A stretch of DNA of 64,000 nt from Candidatus Marinacidobacterales bacterium (GTDB lineage: Bacteria; Acidobacteriota; Vicinamibacteria; Marinacidobacterales; SMYC01). The notes below the pieces were generated by a model, which did no database searches, was not told the origin of the DNA, and was given only the letters and a program-made list of their open reading frames with translations. The position numbers and the translations under genes are program-made. The stretch lies in contig CBDCYI010000004.1 of assembly GCA_965224085.1 (NCBI GenBank), positions 1,472,001 to 1,536,000 on the forward strand. The letters run 5' to 3'. Shown here piece by piece: positions 20,342 through 30,025 of this stretch (positions within the stretch are counted from its first letter, which is position 1; every line of letters starts with the position of its first letter).

Positions 20342-20781
20342 TGGCAGAGCGATGGCGGCATGTTTTCTTTAGATGGCTCAAGTTCAGCGCCGTCGGTTGG
20401 GTCGGGGTGAGCGTTCAGCTCACGATGCTTACGCTCTTGGCCGGCCGGCTCGAAATGCACTATCTCGTCGCGACCGCGTTCGCGGTTCAGTGCGCCATTC
20501 TAAATAACTTCTTCTGGCACGAACGCTGGACGTGGGGCGATCGGGGACTCTTAGGGGCAACGGGGAGATGGCAGCGGTTTGTGCGCTTCAACGCGTCCTC
20601 GGGCGCGCTCTCGATTCTTGGAAATGTCGTCTTCATGAGCATCTACGTCGGACAGTTCGGGCTGCATTACCTCGTCGGGAACATTGCCTCGATTGCGTCC
20701 TGCACGATCTTGAACTTCGTGATCAGCGACCGGCTCGTTTTTCTCGCGATGCCCACGGGCATGCCGGCATCGAATAGCTAG
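20341..20781 (+). CDS. GtrA-family flippase-like protein
   Basis: 'KFSAVG', 'NNFFWHERWTW', 'NFVISDRLVF'. Confidence 0.88.
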   Translation: MAERWRHVFFRWLKFSAVGWVGVSVQLTMLTLLAGRLEMHYLVATAFAVQCAILNNFFWHERWTWGDRGLLGATGRWQRFVRFNASSGALSILGNVVFMSIYVGQFGLHYLVGNIASIASCTILNFVISDRLVFLAMPTGMPASNS

Positions 20782-20828
20782 CTGGTAGTGACGTTCATCA
20801 CACGGATATCGCCGCTATTCGAACCGCT

Positions 20829-20873
20829 GCGGCTAATAAGTGAAATCGCGTCAAGTTCTCCGTATCCGGCGCG
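20829..20873 (+). repeat. Imperfect direct repeat, copy A (copy B at 23920-23965)
   Basis: Identical 15-bp core AGTGAAATCGCGTCA with similar flanks. Confidence 0.65.
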
Positions 20874-20927
20874 CTCGCTAGCTTGACCGCAGCCGAGACA
20901 TGTCTACGGAGGAGCTGCTGGCAAACC

Positions 20928-21584
20928 CTATTCAGCCGGACCTACGTCCAGTACGAAGCGTGCGCCACCGAGCGCTGGGGCGTCGGTCGCATAGGCGGAG
21001 CCTCTGTGCCTCCCAGCGATCATTCTCACGAGGGAAAGGCCGATACCCGATCCTCCAGTATGGCGGCCGCGCGATTGGTCGAGACGAACGAAGCGCTCGA
21101 AGATCCGGTCGCGGTCTGCTCTAGCGATACCGGCGCCATCATCGTCGACGACGACTTGAGTTCGTCCGCCGTGGCTTCGGATCTCCAATTCAACGACGTG
21201 GCTCGCGTGTCGAACGGCGTTGTGCAACACGTTGAAAATCGCTCGCTCTAGTTGTGACGCCACGCCATGCACAGAGACCGGATCGGCCCCGCGCCACCTC
21301 AGCACAGATTCGGTCGGCGGAAGCCGATTCGCCGCACGGCGGCACACGGCGCTGAGATCGATACGTTCCTCCAAGTCCGTCGGACGATGCTCATCCGAGC
21401 GCGCAAGATCGAGCAGGTCTGAGATGAGTACCTCCATACGCTCCGCCTCCGCGCCCACCTCCCGGGCCAGTCGCCCGAGCTTGCGCGGATCCGGACTGAG
21501 TTCAGCAACCTCAGCTGCGGTCAGTGCGGTGGCGGCGAGTGTCGTTCGAACGCGGACGGAACCCAAAAACGTGCGCATCTTCAT
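20928..21584 (-). pseudogene. Sensor histidine kinase with internal deletion
   Basis: ATGA overlap with the response regulator; HATPase motifs 'NAVRH', 'DDGAGI', 'GSGIGL' present; sensor, HAMP and H-box absent. Confidence 0.8.
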
Positions 21585-22255
21585 CCGTCCGGGATGAGCC
21601 TGTATCCGATGCTTCGCAGAGTGAGGATCGTCTTGACCCCAAACGGCTCGTCGAGCTTGCGACGGAGGTACCGGATGTAGACCTCGACGATATTCTCGTC
21701 CACATCGGCATCGATGCCCCACACACGGTCCAAAAGTACCTGCTTCGAGACCGGTCGGCCCCTCGCCCGGAGCAGCGTCTCAAGAACGTCGAGCTCCCGG
21801 CGGCTGAGCTCGACCTCGGCAGCGGCGCGTCGCACGGCCGCCGCCGCCGGGTCGAGTACCAGGCTGCCGCAGGTCAGCACGGTCGGACGAACGTTCGATA
21901 TACGGCGGGCTAGCGCCCGAAGACGTGCCATCAGAACGAGGAACGAGAACGGCTTCGTCAAGAAGTCGTCAGCGCCACTGTCCAGCGCGTCCGCCTCGTC
22001 CCGCTCGCCGTGCTTCGCCGTTAACATCAATATCGGAGTCCAGTCCTCTGCCTCGCGAAGCGCGCGACAAATCAAGTAGCCGTCGAGCCCGGGCAACATG
22101 ATGTCCAACACAATCACGTCATAGCTCCCCTCACGTGCACGCCACAGTCCGGATTGACCGTCGTTCTCGATATCGACCGAGACACCGTGATCTTGGAGGC
22201 CTTCGCGTATGATGGCCGCCAATCGTTCCTCGTCTTCGACCAGAAGAACTCTCAT
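21581..22255 (-). CDS. OmpR/PhoB-family response regulator
   Basis: 'LLVEDE', 'LDIMLPGLDG', 'GADDFLTKPF', 'VEVYIRYLRRK'. Confidence 0.95.
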   Translation of the reverse strand: MRVLLVEDEERLAAIIREGLQDHGVSVDIENDGQSGLWRAREGSYDVIVLDIMLPGLDGYLICRALREAEDWTPILMLTAKHGERDEADALDSGADDFLTKPFSFLVLMARLRALARRISNVRPTVLTCGSLVLDPAAAAVRRAAAEVELSRRELDVLETLLRARGRPVSKQVLLDRVWGIDADVDENIVEVYIRYLRRKLDEPFGVKTILTLRSIGYRLIPDG

Positions 22256-22414
22256 TAGCCTCTATCATGACCCATCCCGCCTTGGATGAACCTTAAACCA
22301 ACCTGAGACCTTCCGTCCGGCGCTCCAAGCTTCGTTTAAGCGGCCTTCCGTATATTACTTTTTTATTTGTTCGTGTACCGAAAGACGTAAAGCTCGCCAT
22401 TTAGGAGGACATCT

Positions 22415-22837
22415 ATGGACCAGAGCCAAACAACTGCTGTTGCGATCGCCTTCACCTTGATGATTGGGGTGGTCGCCTGTGACAACAACACGATGCCGAC
22501 TGGCGCGGAAGGCGTGGAGGGCTCCGAAGTCGGTGGCGGCATGGAGGCTGGAGAATCCGGAATCCAATATGGCGTGGCAGACATCTTTGACGAAATTCAA
22601 AGTGGTGCGCGTGCGATGGTGCGCTACGACGCGCCAAGCATGACGTTTGTCGGCACGATTGAGAACACGACGAGCGGAATCTTGAGGCGAGTCCGATTCG
22701 AAGTCCACTTGTCCAACGGAGTAGAGCTTGGCCCGACGACTCGCATGGATCTCAACCCCGGGCAAGTCATCAACTTTACATTGTCGGCGGCCGGCGAGAG
22801 CTTCGTGTGGTTTACCGGCCACCCTGAAGTCGGGTGA
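22415..22837 (+). CDS. Secreted lipoprotein, FxLYD-like beta-sandwich (paralog 1)
   Basis: Lipobox 'VVAC'; 'FVGTIENTT..VRFEVHLSNGVELGPT..HPEVG'. Confidence 0.75.
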   Translation: MDQSQTTAVAIAFTLMIGVVACDNNTMPTGAEGVEGSEVGGGMEAGESGIQYGVADIFDEIQSGARAMVRYDAPSMTFVGTIENTTSGILRRVRFEVHLSNGVELGPTTRMDLNPGQVINFTLSAAGESFVWFTGHPEVG

Positions 22838-22921
22838 GAACGAAGCTCGAGTCGCGGCCCACCGAACCAATCCTATCAACCACCATCTTTTTGCGGTCCA
22901 CGTTTTAGGGAGGAAGAGGCC

Positions 22922-23416
22922 ATGACCCATTCTCGCAAGACATTTGCCGCGCTCGCCGCGATGTTAAGCGCCGTTCTCTTCGCCATGACCACTGACGGCG
23001 GCGGCGAAACGCAAAGCCAGGACCATCGAGCACGAAGGGGCGAACAGGACGGTGACGGTCGTGAGCACGCCCGGGACGATGGCCAGCGGGGCGAGGAGGG
23101 CGAGGAATCCGGCACCATGCTCGACCTCGACGAGAAGTACGACGACGTCCGAAACGGTGTGCGACTGATGTTGACTTATGACAGGAAGAGCTACTCATTC
23201 ACAGGCACGGTGGAGAACATAACGGGCGAGACGCTATCAAAAGTCCGGGTAGAGGTCCACCTGTCGAGCGAAAGAGAGCTCGGCCCTACAAAATCCGTGG
23301 ATCTCGAACCTGGCGAAACGAAGGAGGTCCGCCTAACCGCTACGAGTCACGGCTTCGAACGCTGGACCGCGCATCCTGAAGTCGGCGCCGGCGAGCACGA
23401 TCGACACGAGCGGTAA
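22922..23416 (+). CDS. Secreted protein, FxLYD-like beta-sandwich (paralog 2)
   Basis: Signal peptide; 'FTGTVENIT..VRVEVHLSSERELGPT..HPEVG'. Confidence 0.75.
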   Translation: MTHSRKTFAALAAMLSAVLFAMTTDGGGETQSQDHRARRGEQDGDGREHARDDGQRGEEGEESGTMLDLDEKYDDVRNGVRLMLTYDRKSYSFTGTVENITGETLSKVRVEVHLSSERELGPTKSVDLEPGETKEVRLTATSHGFERWTAHPEVGAGEHDRHER

Positions 23417-23491
23417 CAAGCGGGGCGACCTGGATAACGCCGATATCATAGTGCAGCGATTACCGACGGTGAGCGCCGGGTCCGCTCGAGC

Positions 23492-23665
23492 CTAGCCACG
23501 TGAACCGAACGCAGCACCCCGTGGGACCCATATGGGACTGGCGGCGAATCGATTCTTTGCAGCCTCGATGGTGATTGTGCGACCGACGAGGATTCCGAGC
23601 GCCGCGCCGAAGACTACGTCGCTCAAATAGTGTTTGTTCTCGCTTACACGTGAGTCGGCGACGAC
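23492..23665 (-). pseudogene. PAP2 phosphatase C-terminal fragment
   Basis: Minus strand reads 'VADSRVSENKHYLSDVVFGAALG' (SR..H..SD motif). Confidence 0.75.
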
Positions 23666-23919
23666 TCGATAATAGTCACCTCATGAGTATGGCGTCGCCG
23701 AGCCAAGCGCACAACTCAGCGAGCGCGGCCAGATGCTGACAGCATCAATGGAAGACCGCTTTTCGAGTGACCGCGGTCGTGGCCGTCGGCGCGAGCGTCG
23801 CAAGCAACATTGAGGGTTGAACTCCGTACTGATAGTCGAGCTTTACGTGAGAATTCTGGACGAAAGTGAAAGTATAGTGTATGCTCTGCCGGCGCCCAAG
23901 TGGAAGATGTCGGCGCTAT

Positions 23920-23965
23920 GCGGCTCGTGAGTGAAATCGCGTCACGTTTATCCGTACCCGACGCG
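23920..23965 (+). repeat. Imperfect direct repeat, copy B
   Basis: See 20829-20873. Confidence 0.65.
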
Positions 23966-23984
23966 TTGGTAGTGGGGTCTTTTG

Positions 23985-24805
23985 AACGCGGCGTCGAACC
24001 GATGGCGTTTAGCGTGCGCAGTGAAATCGATATCATTGAGGGCCGTCCCTTTGCGTGGGGCCGGAACGAAGTTATCGTCGGCTCGGGCGCCGCACGCCAG
24101 TTCGTCGGTCTCGAACTCGGAGACAGCATTCCCGTCGGCAAGGAGGACTGGATCGTCGTCGGTATCTTCGAAGCTGATGGCGGTATCTCCGAGTCCGAGA
24201 TTTGGACGGATGCGGGTGTTCTGCAGCCGGCGTATCGCCGCGGCAGCTCGTTTCAAGCGGTCTATGCAAAGCTCGAGCGACCGGAGGGTTTTCAAAGCTT
24301 CAAGGATCAGCTGACGACAGACCCACGGCTCAACGTTAAGGTCGTGAGGCAGGAGGAGTACTATGCCGCACAATCGACGGCGACGACCCGCCTCATTACT
24401 GGGCTCGGCACGATGATCGCGGGCTTGATGGGGATTGGCGCCGTGTTCGGCGCGCTCAACACGATGTACAGCGCGGTGTCGTCACGAACGCGCGAGATCG
24501 CAACCCTGCGGGCGCTCGGGTTCGGCAGTGGCCCGGTTGTGATCTCGGTGCTCGCAGAAGCTCTCGTGCTCGCGCTCGTCGGTGGCGCTGTCGGCGCGGG
24601 ACTCGCTTACGTGGCTTTCGACGGCTTCCGGGCCGCGACGATGAACTTTCAGAGCTTCTCGCAAGTCGCCTTCGCCTTTGACGTGACGCCAGCACTGCTC
24701 GGCAGAGGCATCTTCTACGCCGTGATGATCGGGCTCGTTGGCGGGCTGTTGCCGGCGATACGCGCCGCGCGCCTGCCGGTAGCGACCGCGCTTCGGGAGA
24801 GCTGA
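23985..24805 (+). pseudogene. ABC transporter permease (FtsX/MacB) C-terminal fragment
   Basis: 'LNTMYSAVSSRTREIATLRALGF', 'PAIRAARLPVATALRE'. Confidence 0.85.
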
Positions 24806-24869
24806 CGTCTCCGGACTCCTCGGTCGCACAGAGCCCCGCGTGGGAGCTCAGTGCCTCGAACGGATAGAT

Positions 24870-25655
24870 CTAGAGAGGTCGGTTCGGGTTCGAGATCGAG
24901 CGCCACATGTGGGACGACGGCGAATCGTCCCAGCCGAGACCCTCTTCGGGCTGCTTGAAATGGCGACCGATGATATCGATGAAAGGCTCGATGGAGACTT
25001 TGGCCTCGCGATCGAACGAGTATTCGTCGTTCATCGTGATGAGCCGCGCTTCCATGTACCACTTGTGGTCGCGAGCTTTCTTGTAGGCCGCTTTCAGATA
25101 CGGATCGGGTTCGTAGTCCGTGCCAAAGATGCGGTTGTAGAAGTCGGGATATTCGTAGCCGACTTGGGGATCGGGAAAGAAGCGGAGCGCTTGGTGGTAT
25201 CGAATGCCCCAGCTCACACGCTCGTCGACGTAGGGCTCGTAGAGTTGCGCACCCCACCAGCCGTGGTCGGGCTTGATCATGTTGAGCACGGTGTCGTGCA
25301 GTATACAAGCGAGCACGGTGCGCTCGGGTTGGCCCGTCTTCAGCGCGCGCGCCGCGCTCTGGAGAACGTGCCTGGCGGGGGCGAACCGCAGCTCGAAGAA
25401 ATCCACGAGAGTCGGCTTCGACGGCATCGGCTTCAAGTTCTTGTTCTCGGCGAAGAGCCGTCCCGCCCCGCGCGGCACGGGCCGCTCGGGATCGTAGAAG
25501 TCGAGCGTCCTAGTATCTTCGTCTTCGGTGGAACCTTCCGAGCTGTTCAGTTGCTCGACCATGTAATGCTCGAGCGCCTCAGCACGGGCGTTCGGGCTCA
25601 TCGCTTGGACTGCCGCCGCGCCCCCCAGGCTGCCGAAAAATGCTCTCCGGTCCAT
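24870..25655 (-). CDS. HD-domain protein with Tat-like signal
   Basis: 'MDRRAFFGSLGGAAA'; 'HVLQSA', 'ILHD', 'DHG', 'YHQ'. Confidence 0.7.
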   Translation of the reverse strand: MDRRAFFGSLGGAAAVQAMSPNARAEALEHYMVEQLNSSEGSTEDEDTRTLDFYDPERPVPRGAGRLFAENKNLKPMPSKPTLVDFFELRFAPARHVLQSAARALKTGQPERTVLACILHDTVLNMIKPDHGWWGAQLYEPYVDERVSWGIRYHQALRFFPDPQVGYEYPDFYNRIFGTDYEPDPYLKAAYKKARDHKWYMEARLITMNDEYSFDREAKVSIEPFIDIIGRHFKQPEEGLGWDDSPSSHMWRSISNPNRPL

Positions 25656-25759
25656 TTCCACGAAACTTACCTCCTTCCCCTCTGCTCGGATCGTCTCTCT
25701 AATTGAGGCGCATGTCAATGTCAGTGTCAGTGCCCCAGAATGCCTTGTCGAAGTTCGAG

Positions 25760-26491
25760 CTATGTGGCGAAGTGAGTCGTCGCGGCGACGACGCGGGGTG
25801 AAGTCAACGTAGCAAGCTCCGTCCACCGCGGGCCTACATAGCTACTCAAAGCTTGGAGCCGGTCGTCCTGCTTTGCTGGGTGGCACATGAGCTCCGACGT
25901 GCCGTCGGGAGCGCCGTTCAGGATCTCGAGCAGCTGGTCTTCGCTCACGTTGTCGGCGCCATAAAAGCTTGCGAGAAAGTGATCGGTGGTCTCGACACTT
26001 GCTCGACGGATCCGCTCGCGCGTCGCGTCGTCGGGAGCGCGCACCGGCACGCCCAGCCTTACCGCTTCTTCCAAAACGGCTGTCAAGATCCCTGGAAAGG
26101 CATGGACGTGGTGATGGCCGTCCATGTGGGTGGGCGCGCGGCCGACTCCCTTTTCGAAGCGTTCGAGCTGAGCACGAAGCTCGCTCCGAACTTGCTGTGG
26201 CGTGGCTCGCTCATGGGCACCGGATTCGAGCCTGCGGAAACGTCCCTCGTCGTCGATGAGAGCGCCCAGCGGCTCACGCGGGCCGGCGGGGCGCGCGAAC
26301 GTGAGGACAAAATGAAGCCCGACCGCGAGAGACCTGTGATCCCGCGCCCAGGCGAAGGCGCTCTCCGCCGCTTCGGCGTTGACCATCAAAGATGTTGCGG
26401 TCACGATGCCTCGCTCGTGCGCTTCGACGATGCCGGTGACGACCCCGGGGGTAAGCCCGAAATCGTCTGCGGTGACGATGAGCCGTTTCAT
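25760..26491 (-). CDS. ChbG/YdjC-family carbohydrate deacetylase
   Basis: 'IVTADDFG', 'GLHF', 'THMDGHHHVH', 'ELMCHP'. Confidence 0.92.
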   Translation of the reverse strand: MKRLIVTADDFGLTPGVVTGIVEAHERGIVTATSLMVNAEAAESAFAWARDHRSLAVGLHFVLTFARPAGPREPLGALIDDEGRFRRLESGAHERATPQQVRSELRAQLERFEKGVGRAPTHMDGHHHVHAFPGILTAVLEEAVRLGVPVRAPDDATRERIRRASVETTDHFLASFYGADNVSEDQLLEILNGAPDGTSELMCHPAKQDDRLQALSSYVGPRWTELATLTSPRVVAATTHFAT

Positions 26492-26612
26492 GCTGCATTC
26501 TAGAACATCGGCCACGTCGAATCGTCGAGTCCCGAATACGCCGCGATGCGTGGGATTCTTGGCACTGTACAATATCGTTAGGCACCAAAATGGCAGCTGA
26601 TAAGGTCTTGCA

Positions 26613-27125
26613 ATGAGTGAGGAGGGGCCGCGGACCACCGTGCAAGGCCGACGTGAAGCTTGGCGAGGGCAAAGCGGATTCCACAATCCGACCGAGTTCA
26701 TTATGCCGGTAGTGATCATCATCATCATCGTGCTCGCGATTGCCGTCCCATCTTGCTTGAGCGCCTGGGCGCGGGCAAAGGCCGCGAAGGCCGCGGCCGA
26801 GGTGAGGGACGCCCTCACCGCCATCGCGTCTGCCGAGGCCGAGTATTTCTTGAGCCACGGGAAATACTTATTTCTGCCTTCCACGCCGCCGGGACGACCG
26901 GGGCGCACTCGCCGGCCATGACCCGACGAGCATGCCTTCACGGAGCTTGGATGGGTTCCTGAGGAAGGAAGCAGCTATTGCAGCTACTCCGTCACCGCGA
27001 CGGACTCGGTGTTTACGGTCCAGGCTGTCTGTGACGTCGATGGCGACGGGGAGCTCGCGGCGTTCGAATCTGCTCACGCCGCACCTGGTGCCGATGAAGG
27101 AATCACTGGGCCGAGTGGACGCTGA
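26613..27125 (+). pseudogene. Type IV pilin-like protein with internal TGA (26919-26921)
   Basis: 'QSGF....E..VVIIIIIVLAIAVP'; in-frame continuation 'FTELGWVPE..YCSY..AVCDVDGDG'. Confidence 0.65.
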
Positions 27126-27158
27126 AAAGGCGACACAGTAACAGGAACTAGCCGGGCC

Positions 27159-29583
27159 TCAGTTGTGGCGCAAAGCAACGTTGGGATCGACACGCGTCGC
27201 ACGGCGCGCAGGGACATAACACGCCAGAAGAGCAACCGCGGCCAGCAATAGCGGAATGCCGACGAAGGTCAACGGATCGGTGGCGCTCACGCCGAACAGC
27301 AAACTGGAAAGTGCGCCGGTGGCGAGAAATGCGCTCGGGACGCCAATGGCGATGCCTATGAGAATGAGACGCAGCCCCTGCCGAATCACGAGACCGAATA
27401 TTACCGGCGCCTGGGCCCCGAGGGCCATCCGAATACCGAACTCGCGTGCCCGCTGGCTGACGCTGTAGCTGATGAGACCATAAAGAGCGATCGAAGCCAG
27501 GAGCAAAGCGACGCATCCAAAGATAGCGCCGAGAATCAACATGAACCTGGGCTGCGCCATGGCATCTGAAACGTAGACCGTCATTGGGCGCAGTGCGTGC
27601 ACGGGAAGGTTGGCATCGATGGCATGCACAATATCCTGGACGAGGCCAGCGAGTGCCGAGGGGTCACCGTCGGCGCGAACCCATACATCCATGCTGCGGT
27701 TGGATCTTTGACGAAAGGGCAAGTACACCTGCTCCAACCCTTCCCGAGAGAGATCGTGGAAACGCACGTGCTCCACGACGCCTACTACATCCATCCACTC
27801 ACGCCGCACCCCGTCCAGTCCGAAGACAGGAAGCATCAACCGCTGGCCGACAGCTTCTTGACCGGGCCACGCGTTGTTGGCGAGCACGTCGTCGACGACG
27901 ACCACCCGGCGAGTGTCGGCCGTGTCGCGCCCATCGAAGAGACGTCCGGCGACCAGCCGCATCCCCGCGGTCTCGAAATAGCGGTCCGTCACCGTTCTCG
28001 CATCGGCTGTAACGCTCTCCCAGTTTTGCTCTGTCCGTTCGTCATGGGCATAGGGCGCCTGCGAGCGCCGACCGCCGAGCGGCATCTGAGAAATGGCCCC
28101 GACGGAGCGAACGCCGGGGAGCGCTTCGAGTTGCTCTGCCAACTCTTCGTGAAAGCGGTCGCGGTCTTGCGAAGACGGATATCGGTTTCCCGTCAGAGAG
28201 ACCCGAAACGTCAGGATACCTTCGGGATCGAAGCCGGGCCGTACGTCTTGTAGCAGGACGAAGCTTCGCATCAACAGACCGACGCCGATCAGTAGCACGA
28301 GCGATAGCGCCACTTCTCCCGCGACGAACGCGCCTCGTAGCGACATGCCCTCGTGCACCTTCCTTGAGCGATGCCGAAAGCTTTGGCCGAGAAGCTTTGA
28401 CCGCCGGCACGACGCCGAACACGAGGACCGTTAGAAGACATGTAGCGGCAGTGAAGGCAAAAGCGGACCCACCCACAGTGACGGTCTCGAGCCTGGGTAA
28501 ATGTGACGGGCGCAGCGCCACCAAGAAATCAATCCCCCAGAGAGCGAGCAACAAACCCACGACACCGGCGGTAAGGGAAAGGAGCGCACTCTCCGTCAGC
28601 ATCTGACGCACGATGCGGCCGCGGCTCGCGCCGATGGCGGCTCGTATGGCGAGCTCGCGCTCGCGAGCGGTGGCGCGTGCCAGCAGCAGATTGGCGACGT
28701 TGGCACAAGCAATGAACAAGACCAAGCCGACGGCGCCGAACAGAGCGAGGAGCGCGGGGCGAACGTTCTTGATGACGTCCTGATGGAAAGCAACGATGCG
28801 AATGCGCGTATCCGATTGCCGATGGACCGAGTGCGTTTCGCGCAACTGGGCGGCGATTCTAGCCATCTCCTCCTGGGCCTGCTCGAAGCCAACGCCTTGT
28901 CGGAGCCGCGCGAGGACGGTCAACAGAGTCCGGTTTCGAGGACCCGCGAACGCGTCTTGGAGAGGCGCCCACAGATCCGAGTCCTCGAGCGGGAGCGCTT
29001 CTTTGGGAAGCAGCAACTCGAACGCGGGCGGCATCACCCCCACGACGTGATGCGCGGCCCCGTTCACTTGTATCGCCTCCCCCACAATCGAGGGATCGCC
29101 GCCGAACCGTCGCTGCCAGAGACCATGACTGAGAATGACGACTTGTGGGCCATGCATCACATCCTCGTTGGCGAGGAACCCTCTTCCCAGCAGCGGCTCC
29201 ACTCCCAATAGAGGGAAAAAATTGTAGGTGACGCTCCCAAGAACCAATTGTTCCGGATCGCCGGCTCCGGTGAGGTTCGCTGTCGTTCCTCTCCCTGCGG
29301 CGAAGCCTTCGAACAACGTCGCGCTTCGTTGGTAGTCGCGAAAGTCTAAGGAGGAGACCGCGGGCAGCGATTGGCCGTGCCGGCCGAAATCGACCCAGAC
29401 GATAGCGAGGCGCTCGGCCGCCCGGTACGGAAGACCTTGCAGCACGACGGCATTCAGCACCGAGAAGATAGCCGTGCTCGCACCGATGCCGAGGGCGAGC
29501 GTCACAACGGCGATGGCGGTAAAACCTTTGTGCTTGGCCAGCACGCGTAGGCTATATCGCAAGTCATGGATCCAGTTATCCAT
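27159..29583 (-). pseudogene. ADOP-type duplicated ABC permease, frameshifted at about 28345
   Basis: '[23 protein letters not shown]', '[13 protein letters not shown]', '[10 protein letters not shown]'. Confidence 0.9.
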
Positions 29584-29610
29584 TCGAGTGACCTCCCGTT
29601 CCAACGGAAT

Positions 29611-29626
29611 TGCAACAGCCATGCCA
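29611..29626 (-). promoter_or_regulatory. Sigma-54 (-24/-12) promoter for the ADOP permease
   Basis: Minus strand TGGCAT-N5-TTGCA, about 28 nt upstream of the ATG. Confidence 0.7.
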
Positions 29627-30025
29627 TCGCCGAAGGGATGCGGTTGTTGAAACGATGTGGGTTACACCCGTGATTGTCCCGATACAATCAATGGTGTGAC
29701 CGGTTGTGAGATGCGACTGTCGTGCGGACGAACAACCCTGACTTTTCGAGGCGCCGCGGGTTCGAAGAACTGAACCCCAAGAATTCGCGAGAAAGAGCTC
29801 ATCGTAGATAGCTTTCCCTTAGCCATGCGAGGTTGTGTCTCATCATTATTAGTCCATTAATCCGGACAAGCCGACCGGCCGCAAAAAGAAACGTCTTCCG
29901 ATACGGTCTGCCCACAGGAGGAGTGCGGCTGCGGAAGGACGCGTTTTAACGACAACAGGGCCACGCGCCCGCCCCCAGATGGCCGGGATTGCGTCTTTCA
30001 GTACTATGAGTAGTATGGGCGCGAC

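Noticed and set aside
26919-26921. In-frame TGA in the pilin-like gene as possible selenocysteine
   Set aside because: The context (RRP*) fits Trp TGG>TGA rather than a Cys motif; likely a nonsense mutation or sequence error.
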